Below the pieces are notes generated by a model. It saw only the letters and a program-made list of their open reading frames with translations. It did no database searches and was not told where the DNA came from. This document shows positions 1-12,200 of a DNA stretch of 64,000 nt, one piece after another. The stretch comes from Ylistrum balloti. Taxonomy: Eukaryota. Numbering within the stretch: the first letter of the stretch is position 1; each line of letters starts with the position of its first letter. A program made the translations under genes and the position numbers. The stretch spans positions 310,001-374,000 of the forward strand of contig NW_026782794.1 in the NCBI RefSeq assembly GCF_031769215.1, read 5' to 3'.

Positions 1-1792
1 CACCTGCAGCAGTCTCTAGTTCGCCAACAGTTGAACTGCCTGATAGTTCTACAGCACATATAGCATCGTCCAGCTTAGCAACAGTGTCACAACCTGCTAC
101 TTCCGCAACATCTGCAGCAGTCTCTAGTTCGACAACAGTTGAAATGTCCGATAGTTCTGCAGCACGAATATCATCCTCAAGCTCAACATCAGTAGCAAAA
201 CCTGCTACGTCCATAACACCTGCAGCATCCTCTAGTTCGACAACAGTTGAGCTGTCTGGTAGTTCCATAGCACGTATAACATCCTCCAGCTCAGCAACTA
301 TAGCTACTTCCACAACACCTGCAGCAGTCTCTAGTTCGAAAACAGTTGAACTGTCCGATAGTTCTACAGCACCAATATCATCCTCCAGCTCAACATCAGT
401 GGCAAAACCTGCTACTTCCACAACACCTGCAGCAGTCTCTAGTTCGCCAACAGTTGAACTGCCTGATAGTTCTACAGCACGAATAACACCATCCAGCTCA
501 GCAAATATGGCTACTTCCACAACACCTGCAGCAGTCTTTAGTTCTACAACATTTGACCTGTCAGATAGTTCTACAGCACGAATAACATCGTCCAGCTCAG
601 CAACATTGACAGGACCTGCTGCTTTCACATCACCTGCAGCAGTCGCTAGTTCGACAACAGTTGAACTGTCCGATAGTTCTACAGCACGAATAACAGCCTC
701 TAGCTCAGCAACAACAGCCCCCTCTGTCAATCCCACAACACATGACACAGTCTTCAGCTCAGCACTAGTAGTCCCGTCTGTTAGTTCAACACATGAAACA
801 GTCATTAGCGCAACACCAGTTTGGTCATCTGATAAAACTACATTACGAACAACATCGGACAGCTCGGCAACAGTGTCACAAACTGTTATTCTCGCAACAC
901 CTGCAGCAGTCTCTAGTTCGGCAACAGTTGAGCCGTCTTATGGTTCTACAACACGGATAAGACCCTCCAGCTCATCAACAATGGTTACTTCCACAACACC
1001 TGCAGCAGTCTCTAGTTCGGCAACAGTTGAATTGTCTGATGGTTCTACAGCACGATTATCTTCATCACGCTCAGCGACAAAGGCACAACCTGCTACTTCA
1101 ACACAGACATCAACAACCTCAAGCGCTATGCTTGTGACATCATCTTCCGGTGTGCCATTATCAGCGACAGAGGTTTCATCTTCTACCGTCAACTCAGTAT
1201 CAACAAAGTCCAGCAACACTCTAGTTTCATCAACCTGTACCACAGGATTATGTGATACTGATAGTTTTGGAAATAATAGCGGTAGGAATACCATTTCTTT
1301 GTTTCTTTTCCTGGGGTCAGATTGGTCAATAGGTGTCTGTCACCGCCACAATGCCATTTACTGTTAATAGAGTTAATTTGGCTAACTGAAGGATATTCAG
1401 TAGAAGAGACATTTTGGCAGAAAAAGTATCGTAATGAGTGCTGAATCTGTATCGTATCTGCAAAACAGTGTCATTCATACGTCAGGAAAACTGTATTTAA
1501 TGTATAAATTGTATAATAATTAATAGTTTTGTATTTTTAGATAGCATTACCACAATTGCTATTATTATTTGACAATATTTCATAGATCTTTGAAATGGTG
1601 ATGAGTTGATCCAGGGGAAAATAAATTATAGACTTAAAAACTGAAACTATGGATGGCAAATTGCTTTGTGATGCATTCTAAAAATCATTTAAATGTTTTC
1701 ATGTTTCAGGTTCCACTATTGGCTTACTAAATGGAGTATTTGCTCTGTGGTTGTTCGTCTTGGCTGCTACACTTTTTCTATGGCGTCAATAA
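1..1792 (+). CDS. Mucin-like Ser/Thr/Ala-rich cell-surface protein, 3' part (gene starts upstream of window); C-terminal hydrophobic tail (GPI signal or membrane anchor)
   Basis: Frame open from position 3 to a donor at 1281|GTAGGA, encoding degenerate 33-36 aa repeats (PAAVSSSxTVELSDSSTARI...). Phase-1 acceptor TTTCAG|1710 gives a last exon 1710-1792 encoding GSTIGLLNGVFALWLFVLAATLFLWRQ*. Confidence 0.8.
3..1060 (+). repeat. Coding tandem repeat, ~99-108 bp degenerate units
   Basis: Anchor CCTGCAGCAGTCTCTAGTTCG..ACAGTTGAACTG recurs near 3, 112, 220, 318, 426, 525, 633, 900 and 999. Confidence 0.85.
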
Positions 1793-3299
1793 GAACAAAA
1801 GGATATCAAATACGAGAAGAGTACGACAACCATTTTATTAACTTTACTTAGGTGCAGAATTACGTATGGCTAATTTTTAGGGTTTATTATGTAATAATGA
1901 CGAATCATTAACTTGATTTATTTTTCTAATTTATGACGCGTGTGTAAGAGATACTTTCGTGTAAGGGAAACTTTCCAATTTCTGTGATAATATAATACTA
2001 CTTACACATTTAACGACATTTTCTATTGGTATATTGTTTATATGTACACCTAATATATTTTTATCAGTAAAAAAAGATATGTTTAATTAAATCTTTACTT
2101 GTTATCAGAAAATTTGTAAGAAGAAACATTTTCACTGGTCATAAAGGCAAGAAATTATGTAGGGTAAAAAGCATACTACTGCGTCAAGACACGATGTCCG
2201 AACATAAACTGTAAGGATACGACAATAAAAAAAGTTTACGACATGAACACATGGCGAAACACACACATTTTAAACATACAAGAAAATAAGTGTCTGTGTC
2301 TTCCAAACACAATTAAGTCTAGATATATATGGCTATGTCGAAAACACAAAAGAAATAACGTTTATGCAAAAGGATCTGTGATCCGAATAACACATACATA
2401 CACCTTAAGTACAGAGTGTATAAAAACAAAATACATCGGTCAAATATGTACTTAAGATAGTCCTCTATGTTGTACACCATGGCTGGTAACTTAATGAAGT
2501 ATATACTGTAAATATGTAATTTTGTTACTTTTCTAAACGTAAAGAAATGAAGGCTGGCCAACGTAACTGAATAAAAAGGCGAATCATGTATCATCTGTCA
2601 ACGACCAAAATATTTAAAAGTCTTAAATTATGTTGACGTTATCCCTTGTGTATGAAGTCTAGCTACATAAAGTTTTGAATACTTTGTGTACGTAAGGTCT
2701 GTGACTATGAAATAACATGTCATTGTTACAAGGGCTTGTGAATGGCAAATGAGAAAACATTACGAGTGATCTGCAAATACATACATATGTTTGTATAAGT
2801 GATTTTTACAGGTGTCCCAGTGAAACCAGTTGTCAAGATTATGTTATGTGTTACAAGTAAAACTTGAATAGAATTTGATAAATAATATTTACAAAACATT
2901 AACTTCATTCTACGCTGAAGTTTGTCTCAATTACTCGAAATACTACTTGTCATAGGTTTATGTAGACGTAAATACAGCTTGCCTGTAAAGTGCTGTAAAA
3001 TTTATTGGTAAGATGTCAAATAGCTAGCACCATTTTATATCAACAGAAAGTATCACCGAGTTTACTTTGTCAGTCTAAATCAGCAACTCGCCTGTATTAC
3101 CTAACAGTAGTTCTTGGTTACGTTATATTGACAACAAACACTAAGCTAATGTAAATAGCAGAACAAATTCCACACATATCAGACATTATCTAACAGGCCA
3201 ACTCAAGAACCTGTCTTACATAAATATCCAAGAAAGTATGGGACTTGAGACTAGCAATCAAATAAAACAAGTATAATATAGACATCCAAAGCTACTCAG

Positions 3300-3402
3300 G
3301 GCTTATTCAGGCAGTCCAAGTCCCCACATAAGAATGTAGCGGGCGTATACGGGCAGTCGTGGACCACTCACAAGAATGTACCGGGCTTATACAGGCAGTC
3401 CA
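3300..3402. repeat. ~42 bp degenerate tandem repeat (about 2.5 copies) abutting the 39 bp array
   Basis: GGGCTTATWCAGGCAGTCC-like motif near 3300, 3341 and 3383. Confidence 0.6.
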
Positions 3403-3404
3403 CA

Positions 3405-3947
3405 ACACAACAGTTTATCAGACTAGATCCCTGAATCATAACAACACAACAACAATTTATCAGAGTAGATTCCTGAATCATAACAACAAAATAACAATTT
3501 ATCAGAGTAGATCCCTGAATCATAACAACAAAACAACAATTTATCAGAGTAGATCCCTGAATCATAACAACAAAACAACAATTTATCAGAGTAGATCCCT
3601 GAATCATAACAACACAACAACAATTTATCAGAGTAGATCCCTGAATCATAACAACACAATAACAATTTATCAGAGTAGATCCCTGAATCATAACAACACA
3701 ATAACAATTTATCAGAGTAGATCCCTGAATCATAACAACAAAACAACAATTTATCAGAATAGATCCCTGAATCATAACAACACAATAACAATTTATCAGA
3801 GTAGATCCCTGAATCATAACAACACAATAACAATTTATCAGACTAGATCCCTGAATCATAACAACACAACAACAATTTATCAGAGTAGATCCCTGAATCA
3901 TAACAACAAAACAACAATTTATCAGAGTAGATCCCTGAATCATAACA
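3405..3947. repeat. 39 bp minisatellite, ~14 copies
   Basis: Unit ACAATTTATCAGAGTAGATCCCTGAATCATAACAACA(C/A)A repeated almost perfectly. It explains the repetitive ORFs on both strands. Confidence 0.95.
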
Positions 3948-6214
3948 TCATAAACAAAAGAAATAATTGCAGGGAGATTGAAGCTCCATGTTTAAAAAAA
4001 ACTGTCATTATTGGTCTTTATCACGACATCGCGTCAATATCGCGTGTGATTATGGCATATTTGATATCATTCAGCCATCTTAACATTTTTAAACACATTG
4101 AATATTATGATAAATATTTTCAAATTATTTTGAAAACACTACAAATTTGTTTTAAATATACCGTAAATCACTTAGATTTCGAAAATACTTGAATTCGCGA
4201 ACTTACCTCTTCAGACATATTTGCGAACACATGATATAGAGAACGCCGAGATAGAAAAGTAACCCGAAAGCTTCATATTGGCTGCCAGTAATCGACTCTA
4301 TAAATATGATAATATATCTAAAATCAACTGTCACACGATGAAGCACATAAAAATCCAATAAACTATGATGTTAGTACGTAATATTAGGTGAATTCGATGT
4401 AATATTGGCTTAATCAACTCTACAAAAACAGGAGTACAAGAAAAGACATTCCCCGACGGCTATGATAGTTACATTAGCTTGATGATGTAATGTATATTGT
4501 TTTCATTCTCTATGAAATTTTATGATTTTTGCGAACCTGTATGAGCGAAATTTGAAACTACCAGACGAGCATCAGAACAACTTCTGTAATGTAAAAAAGT
4601 ATGACATTTTTTATCAAAGAATAGTTACAATTTGACAGATTATGAAGTCAAGATGTGGAGGGCAAAATGAAATGGAGGTAGCCTTTTTACTGTGTTATTT
4701 TAAATTCATGAAGCAACGTCATTGTCCATAATATGACACCACAGTCTTTTTAACACTATATCACACTAGTGACATCTACAAACGTATGACAAGTCCGAAT
4801 TCAGGAATATTATGTGATATATTAATCTGACGACAACACCTGAATAGTATACCTTTACCTGTATCAATTTAAGGGTAGAAAGTTCTGAACATTTTGTCAT
4901 TGTTGTGTTTGTAACGTAAATACAACCAAAACAACATGTCACAAATAAACTCAGCGAAAACACATAAACTCACATAGTAGGTCTAAAATTTTCCTGAACT
5001 GACCTTTCCTTGATCACGACCTGCCTAAGGCCTCCGATATTGTGCGGACTGATTGTTGTGAACTTCAAGTTACCGTGGACATAGTCTCGTCTGGTTAACG
5101 ATCTAGATTAATGTGTACAGATCATCAGGTAACGAAAACAATCTGAGATATGGTGGGAATTACATCTATTTCTTCTTTTTAAATATCTTTTAGGTTTTGA
5201 CATTTTGAATTTGATAATATTTCAGATAGAAAATGACAAAGCGAAAGATCATGGAAACATAACGAATTTGAATATGAATTTCTCAAAAAAAAACTTGATA
5301 TACATTTTACAAGAGCCTTAGATTAAAAACATGTAAGATTTTGATTACCAATATTAGGGGAAAGCGATTTTACTTGACACTTGACACAAAGCAAAAAAAA
5401 TTTGACTCAAGATAATTATTGCTCCTTCCTTTGTAAGTTTCATACCCCAACCAGTTATTACATAACTGTTGGACCGACAGTGGCGTACCTGTCCACACCC
5501 GCCATCTACTGTGTATATGGTGTTATATCTACACTGGAGCTAGGAGGTAAGAAAACAGAGAGTACACTCAATACCTGGACAAAGGTAACGTATGTAACCT
5601 ACAGTTTTTACCTTACTGAACTTATGTATCATGTTGTATTGTTCTAGTGTAAGCTCGAGAGATACACATTAATTGGTTTGGATAAGTTTGAATGTTGTTT
5701 TTTCGTTCGGTTTTCAAATATGTAAGAGCAATATCAAGTCCTGAATTATTGGTGTCCCAGTTCAAAGATCACTTATTATCCTGGTACTGGCGCTCCACTG
5801 TCGGCAAATATAATTTTGATGTAAACACCATTAATTCACTGAAAACATTTTCTATGTTACTGACATACTAAATCTGAAATATAGATGACAGTTAAAATAA
5901 ACGATTTTTTATACTGTGTTAAGCAAATTCTGTTTTGGGAGTATGTTTGCCTGCGTATCAATTAGTTGGGCTTACATCATCATGCCTAAATCAATGTAGC
6001 GGCATTGTAAGGTAAACACAATTTCACTTAAACTGTAAAAGGTTCGATAGTCAAATTCAGCCTATTTTGTAAGACACTGGCTATGTACTCTTATTTCAGT
6101 TGATTAGTCGTGTAGATTTGTTTTTTGTCCTATTCCTTACTGTGTCGAAAGGAGAAGCAACCAGTTCTCGACCAAATTATCCATCATATTAAACAAAATT
6201 ATTTGTGTTTTCAG

Positions 6215-9200
6215 ATGAAGTATCCAGTGATTTTACTGGTGTTAGTCGACATGTTTTCTTTGGTGGCCTCAAATATCTTAGGTATGTCAAAGTTTCTAAA
6301 ATAAACATAAATTTAAGAACGTTTGTACAGACAGACAGATACATATGTATTCTAAATCACCTTTACATTTCAAAACTAATCTTCTGCACAGATAATATCA
6401 TTAGTTGTATCTACTTTATTGTGATTTCTGTATATCCACATAAAATGTATATATCACGTTAATATCTGTTAATACTATTGCACAATAAAACACACAAGAG
6501 AGGCGATCCGTAATTTAATTATCAATAGCCTTTCTCCAAACTTCATGGATTGGTAGATTCTTTATATCGTACAGTTTGTGTATGTAATAGTATAAACTGA
6601 GATTGATTACTGCCTTACGTGATACCAAAGCGAACCATTAATGGTTGATAACTAGTAAACCATGAGCAAATGCTGCTTTCCTGCGTATCTATACAAACCA
6701 TAAAACTATAGCATATGTTAATTATATGTAGTTCTTGTCCCATTCCATCCAGGTTTGGACTTATTTTGATCTGAAATCTTTTTGAACTTCTTGTCGAAAC
6801 CATTCGTCAAAAGTGTTCTACTTTCATAAAGCTACATCACATATTCTCTATTTCAAATATATATAAATTGTAATTAATTGCAGGTAAATGGATGATTTTA
6901 CAGCATTTTCATGTTGAAGAAATTTGGACTTTATAAAATGAAAAATCAACATATTTAAGACATGTATTTGGCATCAAAATTGACATATCTGTGTTTGAGA
7001 GACTTAATACTCTATATTCATACAAACCAAACTCCTTCTACTCCGTGAAAATATCGGAAATTAAATGTAAGATTTCAGAATTTGTATTCAACCTTTTTCC
7101 GTTTAAAACCCACAGTTAGATTTTGATGTAAATTTTTTATTGCACCAAATTTAGTATTTTTACAATATTTTTAAAACATAATGATTTTTTGCAGGTTTTA
7201 GAATTTATTTTTTGCTATTGTTACAGGGATGTCAGAGTTTAAGAGGGTGTGTTATTTCACCAACTGGGCCCAGTATAGAGACAGCCCTATGAATTTTACT
7301 GTAGAAAACCTCGACCCCTTCCTTTGTACACACATCATCTATGCATTTGCACATCTGGACGGAAACAATTTGACCACGGTCGAGTGGAATGACGTTTGTA
7401 CGTTTTTTATGCGAGTTTGTTTATTTGCTTTGTTCATTGTGTTTTTATAGTATATATAGTAATTTCAATTCTTTCTGACAAATTCATTATTTTCAAGGAA
7501 ATGGAACAGTTTCAATTTTCCCTGAGTTTATAAAAAAAAAATGTCAAGGTTTCTGGAGAAAGGTGTATATGGGCCCTGTTATCTATAATATACTGAATTA
7601 CCATTCTATATAAAACGTAACTCAAATGCATGCTCTCATTAACAGATGCCTGTTGTTGTTAAATGTAAAACATTGTGTATGGAACAGTATGTATCAATAT
7701 AATAGCTAAGTTATTTGTTATCCAGTGAATTCACACATGCATTATATTTGCATATGTTACTAGTTTGATATACCTTGGAGCGTTTTTTATTGGTTGCACC
7801 AGTCAGAAATCGGATTGTGTTGTTGACAATGACGTTACATCATGAATTGATAATTGTGCAACAAAATCTTATTAAATATAACTTTTCTGAGAAATGTGTT
7901 TAAAAATATGTAAACGTTTTCATTTCGCCTGGGATTTTATCAAACTCGTCCGGAAGCTTCAATGTAAATACGAACTTCTAAGACTCACTACACAAAATCG
8001 TATACGAAATTTATTCATGATCCCGTGTATCGATTGTGACATAGTTATATGTTTACAGCTCTCTACGGTAGAATGGTAGATATGAAAACGGTAAACCCCC
8101 GTTTGAAAGTCATGCTAGCGGTTGGAGGATGGAGCCATGGGGTGGAAAGATTTTCGGCAATGGTTTCATCCGATCAGAATATTGAGGAATTCGCCACAAA
8201 TGTTGTCGGTATCTTGAGAAAGTACAAATTTGACGGTCTCGATCTCGATTGGGAGTTCCCTGCCTACGGCAAAAGTAGTAAAGGTGACAAGTTCCGGTTC
8301 ACGAGACTTATTCAGGTACGGTACCAGACGTATGTCAAAGATAAGGTTGTATATCTTGATAAAAAACAATCAGAGAAGGCTCCATCTTATTGAAATTTTA
8401 TTGTACAATTACCCGGATTATTCATTTATAAATGATCAATTCCATAAATACAATTGTTTTTTAATTCAATTTTTCTTGCTTTTATGAAAACATTACAAGA
8501 CCTGTATAAGCTTTTATTAGCTACAAAAAGACGCTATTCTTTCTGTAACAGTTTCCTTTGAATATGGGTACCCTAAACAGCTTTTAATTTTCGTTTAGAA
8601 AACACATGTTATATTACCCTTAATTAATTCAAATACATATTACCAATGTCAAATTTTGGTCATTTCTAACAAAACAAAACCATAATTAGCTACTGCAAAG
8701 GTAACCATGTTTTGATAGATTCTACGACAGAGATTTGACGAAGCGGGTGTATTAACAAGACGAGAGACATTGCTGCTTTCTGCGGCGGTATCTGCGGTCA
8801 GAGTCATCATTGATGATGGTTATGAAGTCGACATTATATCAAAGTGAGTTTACATTTTACACTTTTAATGCATTTTGATATTTTTGGTATTTTTCAGTAA
8901 GGCTTGAAAAACGATACTTATATGATAAATATAAACGTGTGTACGTGGCATGATATAGCTTCCATTCCCCTGTTTGGGAACATCTTCATGTCATCTTAAT
9001 TTTTTTTTTTATTTTGTTGATGCCATACAAAAACTCGTGTGATATCATTATGATCGTCATCCTGTTACACTGTAAAATACTTATACCTAGAAATCTGGAC
9101 TTCATCAATTTGATGTCATACGATTTTCATGGTTCGTGGGATGGCATCACTGGTCATAACAGCCCTTTACACGCTAGAAAAGATTAACAAGGGCACCAAC

Positions 9201-12200
9201 TGTTTTTAAATCAGGTTAGTAATCAGTATTTATAGGTTATAAGCAATTGTTAATTTCCCCATCAACATCGTATCACTATCGGTAAACTCAGTCAAACGAT
9301 TGAAATATATATCTGATCATCACCAGGAAATCAATAAATTCTGAGTTTATTTCAGTAATAAATAAGAAAGGTCTTTAAAAAGGGTTTTCCTTCTTTTTCT
9401 CCGAAGAATTTTCTTCGTTCTTATCATGGCCTCAAATTTAACGGCTTTGTTGATATGTATATAGCCCAATGATATAGTACTAACAGTGTTAGTTTGGATA
9501 TGGTTTGGTTTCCAGGAGGCAGCCGTACACTACTGGTTGTCACTTGGCGCTCCACGACACAAACTGGTGATGGGTATAGCTTTGTATGGCAGGTCATTTA
9601 CACTAGCCAACACTAAGGACGTAGGACTAGGAGCCCCTACAACAGGAGACGGCGCACAAGGCATATACACACAAGAGGCAGGCTTCCTAGGATATTTCGA
9701 GGTTTCGGATTTTTATGGATTTTCTTCATATCCTATCCCTGCTTTCTATACTTGATATTCAATTTTATATTTTTTTATATTTTGTTTTTGTTTATAATGA
9801 ACTTATCTCACAGCGTTCTTTACGAAGATGTTACACGTCCTTACAAAAGTCCGATTTTCAGAGTAACAACAAATCAAAACCAGTATTTCACAAATATCTT
9901 CATACTACTCTGTTTTATTTTAAAGATTTGCAAACTAAATGTTGAAAAATTAGCACGCCAATACGTAGACGAAATTTAGAAGGATTCAAATGTAAGACAA
10001 TAACTTAATTTATCTTACTATACTTACTATAACTATATGTGAATATATATTATTCTACCGATTGCAATTTTGAGGATTATGCATCAATTATTAAATAATA
10101 AATACACAAAATAATAAATACACATTAATATTGACTTCACTTCAGGTTTGCGAAAATATCAAGAAAGGATGGACAAGAGTTTGGAACGAGGAACACCAGG
10201 TTCCGTACGCCTATCACGGAAACCAGTGGGTCGGATACGATGACATCCAAAGTTTTGCTTCCAAGGTAATTTTTACTTTACAAATTATACAACAAATTAG
10301 ATGTTTCTCGTCAAATGCAAATTAAGAAAGTAAACAGATATCTGCACTGGTTTCTTGTTTTTAAAATTCCCAATAAGCTGCAGCTATATACGATACAAAG
10401 AGTGTGTAAAAGACACATTTTATTACATATTTCAAGTTAGAATAAAGTAAAGCCAAACAATGAATCAATAGCATCATTCAGTTGTTTCGTCTTTCTAGAA
10501 CTTGTCAGTGATTCTAATGGTCAAAATTTTTCTCTTTATTTTACTGAATGTTCAGGCTAATTTCATACGGGAAATGCGACTGGCGGGGTCTATGGTGTGG
10601 AGTATGGACTTAGACGATTTCACTAACGTATGCGGTCAGGGGGTTAACCCACTCATGTCTATCTTAAGGGAAAAGCTCGAACGTCAAACTGTCGGACCGA
10701 TCACGGATGCTCCACTACCCACCGTTACAGACAGTATTACAACTCCTGGACTGACCACTCGAGTAACCTCTGACCTCCCTCCGGGTAAGGCATAAATTGT
10801 TATCTTTACTGATCAATTGTTTCACTTGTCAGAAAGGTAGGATCTCAATGTGAACTCAGACATAACACAACAGTATGATAACGAGATATATCCTAAACAG
10901 AAAGAAATATTCAGGAACACCGATATTTCCGTCTCTCTTCTTTGTCATACACATACACGGGAAACAGGTAGGGCTGGAATTGTCATTTTTTACCGAAACG
11001 AATATCTTCAGCGATGTCTCCCTCACATTCAAGGATGAAATTACGATTTAACGAAAAAACAAAACACAATTAAAACGATAGAATTAAGTTAAAGTTTACA
11101 TTGTTTTAATGTAACGGTGTTTAAATTATATTACAGGGACATCAGCGATCAAAAGAGTATGCTATTTCACAAATTGGGCCCAGTACCGAGCAAGTCCCAT
11201 GACTTTTACAGCTGAAAACCTCGACCCCTTCCTTTGTACACACATCGTGTATGCATTTGCTCAGCTGGACGGAAACACCATAGCCACAGTTGAGTGGAAT
11301 GACTTAGGTATATTATCAATATCATACATAATACATGTGTATGTAAATAATATCAATTCTTGTTTTTAAGATTTGCCTTTTTTCGAGATGTGATACCGTG
11401 AGATACTAAATCAATTTTGAAATAACTTAATAATTGCGTAAGTCGATATACATATCATTGTTGTCATAACTATCTCATTGCGAAGATTATATTTCGGGAT
11501 ACGAAGTTGGACTTGTTTCATGTCTATTGGTTCCTTTGATGTTTACCTTGTTTTTGTTGGGGAGCATTACTAACCCTGTTTTCCTTTGAGAAAGTGACAT
11601 TTCTAAGATAGAGCATTTACTAAGATACAAACTGCGGGTGTCGTCGATGAAACAGAATACGCTTACTATTCCGGAACATCATGTCTTATTCTCCTGGCAT
11701 TTTCTCAGTGTTTATATGTCGGTATTGTCTCCGATTTTTAAGAAGCAGATAAGTATAGAATATCACCAGTTTTGAATGGAATATGTTTGCGTAAGTCAAA
11801 GAATAAACAAACATGGACCCCCGCTCAAATACAATGAAAATAGCTATGTGCCCCGCTGAAAATCACAGGGCGATTAAAGGGGGATTCCTAAGAACGTCTG
11901 CTTCACACCGAAGGACGTGCTTTTTATCTTTTATATATTACGGTATGATATTTCCAAACGCCCAATATGGACAATCAAGACGGTATACGTAAGTACAAAG
12001 AAAGGGAAAGTTCACTTTCGAATAATCATGATCATAATGCTCATCACCAAAAACCCTGTTATTGCCATTGGGGCTATATAAGATGGCGGCTAGGTAGTTC
12101 GCTTAAATGATGACAGTATTAGCTATTTAAATACATTAGTTTTGTGTTTATTGCATCCGCAGCATTGTACCAGAGAGTAATGAACTGGAAAGGGACTAAC

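Noticed and set aside
938-1294. 118 aa minus-strand ORF
   Set aside because: Antisense shadow of the mucin-like exon.
3359-4192. 277 aa plus-strand ORF and the overlapping 191 and 136 aa minus-strand ORFs
   Set aside because: They result from a 39 bp stop-free minisatellite. The starts are non-ATG or repeat-internal, and I see no splice context or domain.
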